Shown one piece after another: positions 31,138 through 41,012 of a stretch of DNA of 64,000 nt. This DNA comes from an uncultured delta proteobacterium (GTDB taxonomy: Bacteria; Myxococcota; B64-G9), in the NCBI GenBank assembly GCA_963754925.1, contig CAVWHX010000005.1, forward strand, positions 160,001 to 224,000. Reading direction: 5' to 3'. Both the position numbers and the translations under genes were made by a program. The notes beneath the pieces were generated by a model that searched no databases, had not been told where the DNA came from, and was given only the letters and a program-made list of their open reading frames with translations. Each line of letters begins with the position of its first letter. Position 1 is the stretch's first letter.

Positions 31138-32052
31138 ATGAGTATGGCAAACGAACCTCGCGGAGAGCTTAAGCAGATAATCACGGATCTCGAACATACC
31201 GTACGGGTGTTGCGATCCTTTGGGGTGAGCGTGGTCAGGCCGCGGCGGACGCATGATGCTAACGGAACGTCGTCGAGCGCAGGAACGTCCGCCACGCAGG
31301 GTTCCGGCTCGTCGCCGGAACGCGATCGGGGAATGCGCCATGAAAAGCCGGCGAGTGATATCGGTCGGCAGACGGTTGCCGCGGTGCAAGGGTCGCTTTT
31401 TGGATCTCCCTTTGAGGAGCCAAAATCCATCACCGTGCCGGTAAGCCGTCATCGCTGGGTAAAAAACCCCTTGTCGCCCGCTGAGGCCGAGCGGCAGCTC
31501 GTCGCCGTACGACAAATAATCGGCGACTGCACGCGCTGCAAGCTCTCCGCGGGACGCACCACGATAGTTTTCGGCGAAGGCGATCCGGTGGCGCCGTTGA
31601 TGTTTGTGGGTGAAGGCCCGGGGCAGGAAGAGGATCGCACCGGACGCCCCTTCGTGGGGCGGGCCGGCCGCCTTCTCGATAAAATCATCGAAGCCATGGG
31701 CCTGCGGCGCGAGCAGGTGTATATTGGCAACGTCGTCAAGTGCCGTCCGCCCAATAACCGAACGCCGGAAAGCGACGAGATGCGCACCTGCGGGCAATTT
31801 TTGGCCAGGCAGATTGAGATTATCCGCCCCCGGCACATCGTGTGCCTGGGCGCTGTGGCTGCTTCGTACCTGCTCAATACCAATGCGGCCATGAACAAAA
31901 TCCGCGGTCGCTTTTTCGATGATTCGTCGGGCGCCCGCATACTGCCGACGTTCCATCCCGCCTATCTGCTGCGTAACCCTAACGCCAAGAAATCGGTGTG
32001 GGAGGATATGCAGAAGGTCATGCTAGAGATGCGCGAGTTCGTGGAGGCCTAA
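31138..32052 (+). CDS. Family-4 uracil-DNA glycosylase (4Fe-4S)
   Basis: CTRCKL, GEGPGQEED..GRPFVG, NVVKCRPP.NR, TFHPAYLLR. Confidence 0.92.
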   Translation: MSMANEPRGELKQIITDLEHTVRVLRSFGVSVVRPRRTHDANGTSSSAGTSATQGSGSSPERDRGMRHEKPASDIGRQTVAAVQGSLFGSPFEEPKSITVPVSRHRWVKNPLSPAEAERQLVAVRQIIGDCTRCKLSAGRTTIVFGEGDPVAPLMFVGEGPGQEEDRTGRPFVGRAGRLLDKIIEAMGLRREQVYIGNVVKCRPPNNRTPESDEMRTCGQFLARQIEIIRPRHIVCLGAVAASYLLNTNAAMNKIRGRFFDDSSGARILPTFHPAYLLRNPNAKKSVWEDMQKVMLEMREFVEA

Positions 32053-32055
32053 CCT

Positions 32056-33451
32056 ATGCAATCGGTGCGGAAAAGAAAACTTACTCGGGCGCGGGTCTTG
32101 GTGCTGGCGGCCGCCGTCATGACGGCAACGGTGTTCGGTTCATGGGTCGCGGCCCAGGAATCCGCGCCGTTTGTAGCGGTGATCAATCTAACCGCAATGA
32201 TCAACACCGGAACCGCCGAATACCTGATCAATGCAATTCAAAAGGCCGAGGACCAGAAAGCCGCCTGTTTGGTGATCGAGCTCGACACCCCCGGCGGAGG
32301 GTTGGAAGTAACCACCGATATCGTCAAGCGCATGCTTTCGGCCAAGGTGCCGATCATCGTGTATGTGTCTCCCAAGGGCGCCCGGGCCGGCTCGGCCGGG
32401 GTGTTTATTACCTTGGCGGCGCACGTGGCGGCCATGGCGCCCGGAACGCGCATCGGCGCGGCGCATCCGGTGTTCATGTCGATGATGCCCTTCGGCGGCG
32501 ACGATTCAAAGGATAAGGACAGCAAGGCCAAGCAGCGCGACTACATGATGGAGAAAGTTGAAAACGACACGGTGGCCTTCGCGAGGAGCATCGCCAAGGA
32601 GCGCGGCCGCAACGTGGCCTGGTCTGAAAAGGCGGTGCGCGAATCGGTCTCGGTGACCGAGGACGTGGCGGTGGCGCAGAAGATAGTGGACCTGGAAGCC
32701 GACAATCTCGAGCAGCTTCTGGATACCGTGCAGGGCCGAACCGTGCGGCTCGATGCACAAACCACGGTGGTTCTCAATACGCATGCGGTCGCGATTCATC
32801 GTTGGCAGATGACGTTAAAACAACGCTTGCTCAACTTCTTGTCCGACCCCAATATCCTGATGATTTTATTCACCCTCGGGGGGCTCGGCCTGTTGATTGA
32901 GTTTTATCATCCGGGTACGATTTTCCCGGCCGCGGCCGGGATCATCTGCCTGGTCTTGGCTATCACCTCCATGAATATCCTGCCGATAAACTTCGGCGGA
33001 TTGCTGTTGGTGGTAATGGGCATTGCCTTGTTCATTGCGGAGGTCTACGTGACAAGTTATGGCTTGCTGGGGGTGGCCGGCGCCGTGCTGTTCGTCATCG
33101 GCGGCATCTTCCTGGTGGATCCGGCCTCGGAATCGTCTCCCTATTACATTGATACCAGTTTTTCGGTGAGCCTTTCGGTGATAATCCCTCTGGCGCTCAC
33201 GCTCGGGCTCGTGTTTTTCTATTTGGGCTACTACGTCATCCGCGCCCAGCGGGGAAAGGTCGAGACCGGCGTGGAGGGTATGATCGGTCAAAGAGGCGAG
33301 GCCCGCAGCGAAGTCAATGCCGAGGGAGGCAAGGTGTTTGTGCGCGGTGAGCTCTGGAATGCGGTTGCCGCCGAGCCCATCCCTGAACGCTCGAAAATTA
33401 CGGTCCTTAAAGGTCGAAGGATTGATAGTGCATGTCAAGAAGGTTGACTAA
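32056..33451 (+). CDS. nfeD: NfeD-family membrane serine protease (C-terminal frameshift near 33410)
   Basis: LDTPGG, AGSAG, IGAAHPV, TM region, [12 protein letters not shown]; adjacent to stomatin gene. Confidence 0.9.
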
Positions 33452-33510
33452 CGCATGAGTACAGAGTCATTGGCCAAGAAATTTGCGTTTGGCTCAATGG
33501 CAAGGAGGGT

Positions 33511-34269
33511 GTGATGCCTACATTTTGGATAGCTGTGCCGATTGGAATAGTGGTGGTGCTGCTGTTCATGGCGGCCCGGACCATGTACGAGTACGAGCGC
33601 GGGGTGGTGTTTCGGCTTGGGAAATACGTTGGCATGAAAGGACCGGGCTTGGTCTTCATTGTTCCATTTATCGATCAGCTGGTCAAGGTGGACATGCGCA
33701 CCATGGCGCGCGACGTTCCGCCGCAGGACATCATCACCCGCGACAATGTCACGGTCAAAGTCAACGCAGTGGTGTTTATGAGGGTCATGAACCCGGACAA
33801 GGCCATTCTCGAGGTGGATAACTACCTCTACAACACCTCCCAGCTTTCCCAGACCACCCTACGTTCGGTGCTGGGCCAAGTCGATATGGACGAGCTCTTG
33901 ACCAAACGCGACGATCTCAATAATCGGCTTCAAGGTATTCTCGACGATGAGACGAGCCCCTGGGGCGTCAAGGTCACCAAGGTGGAGATCAAGCATGTCG
34001 ATCTGCCGCAGGAGATGCAACGCGCCATGGCCAAGCAAGCCGAGGCCGAGCGCGAACGCCGCGCCAAGGTGATCCACGCAGACGGCGAGTTCCAGGCGTC
34101 GCAAAAATTGGCCGAGGCCGCCCAGGTGCTGCAGAAGGAGCCGACCGCGATCCAACTGCGCTACCTGCAGACCTTGGCCGAGATCTCCACCGAAAACAGC
34201 TCGACCATCGTCTTTCCGGTGCCGGTGGATTTCCTGAGCAAGTTCATCAGCACGAAGAAGGAAAGCTGA
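33511..34269 (+). CDS. SPFH/stomatin (slipin) protein
   Basis: [42 protein letters not shown]. Confidence 0.93.
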   Translation: MMPTFWIAVPIGIVVVLLFMAARTMYEYERGVVFRLGKYVGMKGPGLVFIVPFIDQLVKVDMRTMARDVPPQDIITRDNVTVKVNAVVFMRVMNPDKAILEVDNYLYNTSQLSQTTLRSVLGQVDMDELLTKRDDLNNRLQGILDDETSPWGVKVTKVEIKHVDLPQEMQRAMAKQAEAERERRAKVIHADGEFQASQKLAEAAQVLQKEPTAIQLRYLQTLAEISTENSSTIVFPVPVDFLSKFISTKKES

Positions 34270-34345
34270 TACGGGCAAGAGTTGTCAGGGGCTCCCTCGT
34301 GGACCTGAATTGTCGTTGCAATAGTTCAAGCATCGAATTTTAGCC

Positions 34346-34373
34346 TTGACAATCGTAAACAATTTGTTTACGA
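34346..34373 (+). promoter_or_regulatory. Promoter -35 plus perfect palindromic operator
   Basis: TTGACA followed by TCGTAAACAA-T-TTGTTTACGA (34353-34373). Confidence 0.65.
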
Positions 34374-34374
34374 A

Positions 34375-34719
34375 ATGTTAATGAATCCGAATAAAGCCCT
34401 GCATACGATTCATCCAGGGAAATTTCTCCAAGAGATTCTGGAAGAGCTCGGTATTTCACAGGCTGCGTTTGCCCGCGACATCGGGCTTTCGCCTATGCGG
34501 ATTTCGCATGTCATAAAAGGCGACCGTCCGGTGACAGCGGAAATGGCCCTCCTTTTCGGGAAGGCCTTCGGCCAGAGTCCTCGTTATTGGCTAAATCTTC
34601 AGGCTGACTACGACCTTAAGATCGCCGAACGGAAAGTTGTCGTAAGGCTTAGCCATATGCACCGCAAGGCAGCGGTAGAGGTAGGAAAACGAGCTGTGGG
34701 CATCTCAACAAAAAGATAA
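34375..34719 (+). CDS. higA: HigA-family antitoxin (orphan)
   Basis: IHPGKFLQEIL, SQAAFA, VTAEMAL, WLNLQADYDL; no higB upstream. Confidence 0.85.
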   Translation: MLMNPNKALHTIHPGKFLQEILEELGISQAAFARDIGLSPMRISHVIKGDRPVTAEMALLFGKAFGQSPRYWLNLQADYDLKIAERKVVVRLSHMHRKAAVEVGKRAVGISTKR

Positions 34720-34791
34720 GCGGGGTTTTCCCTCCCAGCCAGCCTTCCGGAGAATGAGGACATCCCATCATGAGTTTGTAAGGAGGTTGTT

Positions 34792-35001
34792 ATGCCTCAT
34801 GTTACATTAGATGAAAGTAAACTTAAGGTTGCTTTAAAGGAGGCTTTGGTTGAGGTCCTGCAAGAGCGCAGCGACCTGATGCGCGATATATTTGAAGAGG
34901 CGATCGAGGATATTTCGCTCATTCAAGCGATCAAGGCTGGTGAGAAAAGCAAAAAAGTAAGTCGGGGTCAGGTCTTTCAGGCTCTGAGGGCCGGTCATTG
35001 A
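34792..35001 (+). CDS. Small putative antitoxin
   Basis: AGGAGG RBS; EDISLIQAIKAGE..KVSR tail; overlaps start of a RelE-like fragment. Confidence 0.65.
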   Translation: MPHVTLDESKLKVALKEALVEVLQERSDLMRDIFEEAIEDISLIQAIKAGEKSKKVSRGQVFQALRAGH

Positions 35002-35126
35002 AAGTTCAGTACCGCGAGAGTTTTCTTAAGGATCTCCACAAGATCAAGAGCAAAGAAGTGTTGGCCCGAATTGAGGCCTCCATTACCGATACTTCCCACG
35101 GCCATAATAAGAGAGCGTCAGGCTGA
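34998..35126 (+). pseudogene. Truncated RelE/ParE-family toxin
   Basis: TTG start overlapping the antitoxin stop; MKVQYRESFLKDLHKIKSKEVLARIE then stops at 42 aa. Confidence 0.6.
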
Positions 35127-35191
35127 AATAGGAATGAGCGAATCACGTCATCCCCGCGGTGGTGTCATCCCCACACAGGCATGGATCCAGA

Positions 35192-36467
35192 TGACGTGCC
35201 CCCCGAAAACTGGACCATTTTCAATGAGAGTTCCTTCGGCTAGAATGCCGGAAAGGAGCTTGCTCAATGAAAGGGAAACGGTTTTCTGAGGATAAGATCA
35301 TCGGGATATTGAAAGAAGCCGAAGCGGGGGTGAAGCTGTCTGATCTCTGTCGCACACATGGCTTCTGCGAACAAACGTACTACCGTTGGAAATCCAAGTA
35401 CGGCGGGATGGACGTCAGCGAGGCGCGGCGGCTGAAGCAGCTTGAGGAAGAAAACCGAAGGCTGAAGCGTGCCGTGGCCGATCTCACTCTCGACAACCAG
35501 ATCTTGAGGGATATCAACTCAAGAAAATGGTGAAGCCCGCAGCGCGAAAGCAGGCCGTTGTGCATGCCCGCGAGGAATTTGGGGTGAGCGAACGACGCGC
35601 CTGCGGGCTGATGAGGATCGGGCGATCGAGCTTTCGGTACCGTTCGGTAGGCCAACTGTATCCGCAGTTGCGGGAGCGTCTTTTAGAGCTTGCGGCGCAG
35701 CGGGTACGCTTCGGATATCGACGGTTGCAGGTGTTATTGCGGCGGGAAGGGTATGTGGTGAATCACAAGCGGGTGTATCGGCTGTATCGGCAAGAGGGAT
35801 TGAGCGTGAGGAAGAAGCAGCGCAAGAGATACCGGAGCATCGCGCGGCAGCCGCTGCGTCTTCCGGAAGGACTCAACGAGCGATGGTCGATGGATTTTCT
35901 ATCTGATTGTCTCTCAGATGGGCGACGGTTGAAGGTGTTGAGCGTGCTGGATGAATTCAGTCGAGAGAGTCTTGCCTTACCCGTAGACACGTCCATTTCC
36001 GGCAGCCGGGTGGCCAGGATTTTGGACGATATTGCCGCTGAACGGGGTAGGTATCCCGAAGCGATGGTGACGGATAACGGTCCGGAGTTCACGAGTCGTG
36101 CGCTGGACCTCTGGGCGTACCGGCATGGGGTGCAGTTGCATTTTATCGAGCCAGGCAAGCCGGTGCAGAATGCCCTGATCGAAAGCTTCAACGGCAAATT
36201 TCGAGATGAATGTCTCAATCAACATTGGTTTATAAATCTACAAGATGCTCGTAATAAAATCGAATCATGGCGGATGGATTACAATCATGTGCGGCCACAC
36301 AGCTCGCTGGGACAGGAGACACCGGCGGAGTTCGCGCGACAGTTTTCAGAGCTTCGGTCGCCTCCGGCTCCCTTCGCTCTGAAAACTGGTGTTGCTATGG
36401 ATAAAGGAACGATGGTTAACCATGAACAACTCTCATAGAGAGTGGTCCTATGAACGGGGGCACGTCA
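35192..36467 (+). mobile_element. IS3-family element, copy 2
   Basis: Same IRs, 4-bp duplication CAGA; orfA 35267-35533, orfB 35527-36438. Confidence 0.95.
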
Positions 36468-36539
36468 CAGAAATGAGTCTCTTCGTCATTCCCGCGCAGG
36501 CGGGAATCTAAATCAGCACCGAAAATCCGGGCATCATTT

Positions 36540-36567
36540 TTGACTAAGTCTTTTCGAGTGCTATAAT
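36540..36567 (+). promoter_or_regulatory. sigma70 promoter
   Basis: TTGACT-16 bp-TATAAT with extended -10 TGn. Confidence 0.7.
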
Positions 36568-36706
36568 TCTCTCATAAACATCAGCGACCCTGCCGAACAT
36601 TCGACATTAATGAGCGGTTAGGAACGGGGCGCCCTCCTCTGGCACACAAAACGTGGCGGGGAAAGGCGGGGATGAGGGGGACGGGACCTTATTAGGAAGG
36701 AAGAAT

Positions 36707-37380
36707 ATGACGAGATCTATTGAAGATCTGAGCAAAACGCTTGGGAAGTATTTTCCCTCCCTAATACGACATGCTAAGGACAAACACGAACTGCAGATAG
36801 CCCTTTCGCAAGGGCTTGATGCGCTGGAACAGGGGTCTCTCTCGTGGGCACGGCTCAACCAAATCTTGCACTTGTGTTCACAGGCGGGTATGAGTGAGGG
36901 TTTCTACCAATACTACTTCCTCTGCAACCCCGGTTCACATCCGTATCCATGTGACAAGGTGTTCCCTGATGAATCATATGAACCACCAAAAGATGCTGTC
37001 GAAATACAATTCTTTTTGCAACTAAAATGGGGCATTCAACGCTTTTTTTACGACGCCATGCTATTTTGGGGCAACTTCCGGCAGGCTTACCGCGACCTCC
37101 GCACCAAGGACTTCACGGAGATCAGTGAGTTCTTTTCCGCAAAGCGGACCAACGAGAACCGTTTGATCACCCGTGGGAAAGTTGAAATCCCTATCCCAAT
37201 TCCGAGGGATGAACGTTACTTGATTTCAGAAACGGCATGCAAGACATATTATGGGATGCAAAAGATAGAGGATGGCGACCATGTTAGAGCGGCTCTAGAG
37301 GCCTTTGACGAACTCTGTTCCGAGGGTGCCGCAGTGACACCAGAAAAATTGAAGGATAGGGCAAGGTTAAAAGCGGAAGG
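36707..37380 (+). pseudogene. Uncharacterised protein, 3'-truncated by IS copy 3 (candidate retron effector)
   Basis: AGGAAGG RBS, about 224 codons of natural-looking sequence running directly into the IS end at 37381. Confidence 0.65.
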
Positions 37381-38657
37381 TGACCTGCCCCCGTTCATAG
37401 GACCACTCTCTATGAGAGTTGTTCATGGTTAACCATCGTTCCTTTATCCATAGCAACAACAGTTTTCAGAGCGAAGGGAGCCGGAGGCGACCGAAGCTCT
37501 GAAAACTGTCGCGCGAACTCCGCCGGTGTCTCCTGTCCCAGCGAACTGTGCGGCCGCACATGATTGTAATCCATCCGCCATGATTCGATTTTATTACGAG
37601 CATCTTGTAGATTTATAAACCAATGTTGATTGAGACATTCATCTCGAAATTTGCCGTTGAAGCTTTCGATCAGGGCATTCTGCACCGGCTTGCCTGGCTC
37701 GATAAAATGCAACTGCACCCCATGCCGGTACGCCCAGAGGTCCAGCGCACGACTCGTGAACTCCGGACCGTTATCCGTCACCATCGCTTCGGGATACCTA
37801 CCCCGTTCAGCGGCAATATCGTCCAAAATCCTGGCCACCCGGCTGCCGGAAATGGACGTGTCTACGGGTAAGGCAAGACTCTCTCGACTGAATTCATCCA
37901 GCACGCTCAACACCTTCAACCGTCGCCCATCTGAGAGACAATCAGATAGAAAATCCATCGACCATCGCTCGTTGAGTCCTTCCGGAAGACGCAGCGGCTG
38001 CCGCGCGATGCTCCGGTATCTCTTGCGCTGGCTTCTTCCTCACGCTCAATCCCTCTTGCCGATACAGCCGATACACCCGCTTGTGATTCACCACATACCC
38101 TTCCCGCCGCAATAACACCTGCAACCGTCGATATCCGAAGCGTACCCGCTGCGCCGCAAGCTCTAAAAGACGCTCCCGCAACTGCGGATACAGTTGGCCT
38201 ACCGAACGGTACCGAAAGCTCGATCGCCCGATCCTCATCAGCCCGCAGGCGCGTCGTTCGCTCACCCCAAATTCCTCGCGGGCATGCACAACGGCCTGCT
38301 TTCGCGCTGCGGGCTTCACCATTTTCTTGAGTTGATATCCCTCAAGATCTGGTTGTCGAGAGTGAGATCGGCCACGGCACGCTTCAGCCTTCGGTTTTCT
38401 TCCTCAAGCTGCTTCAGCCGCCGCGCCTCGCTGACGTCCATCCCGCCGTACTTGGATTTCCAACGGTAGTACGTTTGTTCGCAGAAGCCATGCGTACGAC
38501 ACAGATCAGACAGCTTCACCCCCGCTTCGGCTTCTTTCAATATCCCGATGATCTTATCCTCAGAAAACCGTTTCCCTTTCATTGAGCAAGCTCCTTTCCG
38601 GCATTCTAGCCGAAGGAACTCTCATTGAAAATGGTCCAGTTTTCGGGGGGCAGGTCA
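37381..38657 (-). mobile_element. IS3-family element, copy 3 (inverted, no target duplication, orfB frameshift near 38030)
   Basis: IRs TGACCTGCCCCC; flanks AAGG / ACGA; orfA 38316-38582. Confidence 0.95.
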
Positions 38658-38983
38658 ACGAAGATTGTCGAATCCGAGGGTTTCTCGCTGAATGCGAACA
38701 AGACACGAGTAGCTGGCCCCTCACGACGGCATTCCGTGACGGGCCTTATTGTCACATCCGTCGATGTGGGCATTGGAAGAGAAAAATACCGAGAGTTGCG
38801 TGCAATGCTGCATCGTTTCGCCACGAACCCCCAACGGCCATCAAAGCACAAGAGATCGAGAGGACCAAGGGAATAGTTGCATATCTCAACAGCGTGGACG
38901 TTGTTCGACGAAAGCGTCTAGGCAAGTATATTGATAAGCTGAGGGTGAAGTATCCGAAATCGGCGCTGTCACTTCAGTGGTGA
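38658..38983 (+). pseudogene. C-terminal fragment of retron reverse transcriptase (Ec86/Eco1-like)
   Basis: IVESEGFSLNANKTRVAGPSRRHSVTGLIVTSVDVGIGREKYRELRAMLH, then after a frameshift near 38830 KGIVAYLNSVDVVRRKRLGKYIDKLRVKY; VTG motif. Confidence 0.85.
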
Positions 38984-39200
38984 TCGAACAATGGGATGGA
39001 CACGTACGCGAGACACTAAAAATGTACCGGACAAGTGCCCGCCCGAAGTGCCAGCCGAATAAATAAAGTAATATTATTTTGTTACCATTGCACTACAAGT
39101 AGTTATTAATTGGATGGCACCAAGGAGGAAGCAAAACGCGAAGGTATTTTTATCTTGAAAGCATATCGACAGTAGTTGTGCGGCAGATGGGTATTAATCC

Positions 39201-39851
39201 GTGCCTCTAACCAATTACTCGCTTGATACTTTTATCGCCCCGCATCTCTCAGAGCTAACCTCAGTAGGTGCGCCGGACCTAAGAAACTGCACAAAAGAAT
39301 ACTGTCATTGGGTCAATAATTTCATTTTAAATACTATGTTTGGAGTTCGTCTCAAAGAACGCAATCGCCAATTGTTACTCTACTTCTTGGGGAAAGTGGA
39401 AGGAGCATTTCAGGAGTATCATGAAGGACGGGATTTCTTGGCGTCCTATCTTCAGAAACGTAACGAAGCAGTATCTGCGTACTTCCATGCTCTCAGGCAC
39501 TTCGAGATCGCGGCCTTACTTGCCTACCACGCCTATGATACAATTCGCACGATGGTCCAAGAGAAACTGTTTATGCAGGATGACGGCTCTCCGCTCCAAC
39601 GACTTAACCACCTCCAAAACATCAGCAAACATGCAAACAAGGAGCTTGGGCGCGGTGGCATTCCTGACAACCTCAGCGTTCCAATTTGGTTGACGAATAC
39701 TGCAATCGAATGTCACGACGCCGTTCTTTCTTTCTCAGAATTTGCTGAACTCATGAAGAGGTTGGCATGGTTTGCAGAGGAGCTCTCGAATCCTTCTCTT
39801 CAAATAATGAAGAATGATCCTGATCGGGGCAGCCTCGATCAGAACCAATGA
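39201..39851 (+). CDS. Hypothetical helical protein
   Basis: Clean 216-aa ORF in the accessory region; no recognised family. Confidence 0.65.
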   Translation: MPLTNYSLDTFIAPHLSELTSVGAPDLRNCTKEYCHWVNNFILNTMFGVRLKERNRQLLLYFLGKVEGAFQEYHEGRDFLASYLQKRNEAVSAYFHALRHFEIAALLAYHAYDTIRTMVQEKLFMQDDGSPLQRLNHLQNISKHANKELGRGGIPDNLSVPIWLTNTAIECHDAVLSFSEFAELMKRLAWFAEELSNPSLQIMKNDPDRGSLDQNQ

Positions 39852-40289
39852 ATTCGTGGTCATGCCCAAGTAGGGGCGGACCTATGTGTCCCAGATCGGA
39901 TCGAGATGCCAGCCAAACAAATAGAAATTATAAAATCTTGCCATGGCAATCTCAATAAAAAGGTTTTTATGAAAACCAGTCCCGTTATCAAACTTTTTCT
40001 GCTGATGTTGGTTGGGTATGTTTTCTCTTCGCAAGGAATTAGCTGTCCCTCGAATTTGATCACGCGAAAACCTTGAGTCGTTCGGTAATCGGTAATTAGG
40101 TGGCAAAAAGGAAAGATCTCCTGAGCCCGAGGTGTCGAATAGAAAGGGAATAAGAGGTTGCAAGCTTCTATCAGCATCAAAGACATTGAATTATTTCTTC
40201 CGCGGAAAGAACCTTAGCGAAACCCATCCGAAGCGTCATACGTTCAGCCTCCTGCAATTCGGGCTTTTATGGCTCCCGTTAACATTGTT

Positions 40290-40326
40290 TTGACATATTC
40301 ATGAAAAAGTATTACATATTCATGAA
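40290..40326 (+). promoter_or_regulatory. vapBC promoter/operator
   Basis: TTGACA overlapping two ACATATTCATGAA direct repeats (40293, 40314), each with a TTCATGAA palindrome. Confidence 0.65.
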
Positions 40327-40344
40327 CAGGGTTGGAGGTGATTT

Positions 40345-40614
40345 ATGGCAAATCTGCAAATCAAAGGTATCGACGACGCGCTGTATGCACAAATTAAAAA
40401 ATTGGCTTCCGATGAAAACAGGTCGGTGAGTCAAGAAATTCTGCACGTAACCAAAGAGTACCTCGATAAAAAAAGAATCATATCGTCGAAAACGGCCGCG
40501 GAAGTGCTCATCGAATTGGCTGGTTCGTGGAGCGACGACCGATCTGCCAAGGACATTATTCGAGACATCAAGAAATCGCGTCGAAATTCTTTGAAATTGA
40601 AAAAGGGTCTCTAA
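40345..40614 (+). CDS. RHH (FitA/VapB-like) antitoxin
   Basis: MANLQIKGIDDALY..IKKLA..ENRSVSQE; GGAGG RBS. Confidence 0.85.
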   Translation: MANLQIKGIDDALYAQIKKLASDENRSVSQEILHVTKEYLDKKRIISSKTAAEVLIELAGSWSDDRSAKDIIRDIKKSRRNSLKLKKGL

Positions 40615-41012
40615 TGTATCTTCTCGATACAGACACCATCGTTTTCAGTTTGAGAGGACATCCGGTTGTTGTGGAGAACCTCCGACAACATCTCAACGAC
40701 CCGATTAAGCTGAGCGTTATTAGTTGTATGGAGCTCTACTACGGCGCCTATAAATCGCCTGCTGTCGCCAGTAATGTCGCCAAGATCAAGACCATCGAAG
40801 ACGAGCTTGACGTCATCCCGGTGGGCGGTGAATCCGCAGAAATATTCGGGATGATTAAGAGCACGATGGAAACCGCCGGAAGCCGCTTAGATGACTTTGA
40901 TCTCGCTATCGCTGCCTACGCTCTCACCTATAACCTCATTCTGGTCACCCATAATATTAAACACTTCCAAAGAATTGAAGGGCTGAAGGTCGCCGATTGG
41001 ACTCAAAGATGA
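40614..41012 (+). CDS. vapC: PIN-domain VapC toxin
   Basis: MYLLDTD, ELYYGA, DFDLAIAA, LVTHNIKHFQRI; TAATG coupling to the antitoxin. Confidence 0.9.
   Translation: MYLLDTDTIVFSLRGHPVVVENLRQHLNDPIKLSVISCMELYYGAYKSPAVASNVAKIKTIEDELDVIPVGGESAEIFGMIKSTMETAGSRLDDFDLAIAAYALTYNLILVTHNIKHFQRIEGLKVADWTQR

Noticed and set aside
35192..38657. Composite transposon formed by IS copies 2 and 3
   Set aside because: Copy 2 has its own CAGA duplication and the outer flanks (CAGA/ACGA) do not match, so there is no evidence it moved as a unit.
38582..38983. ORF-track proteins 38582-38983 and 38625-38876 as real genes
   Set aside because: Both start inside the IS end; they are chimeras carrying parts of the RT fragment in two frames.
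39860..40186. Short minus-strand ORFs between the unknown gene and vapB
   Set aside because: No RBS or recognisable motifs; probably non-coding or decayed sequence.
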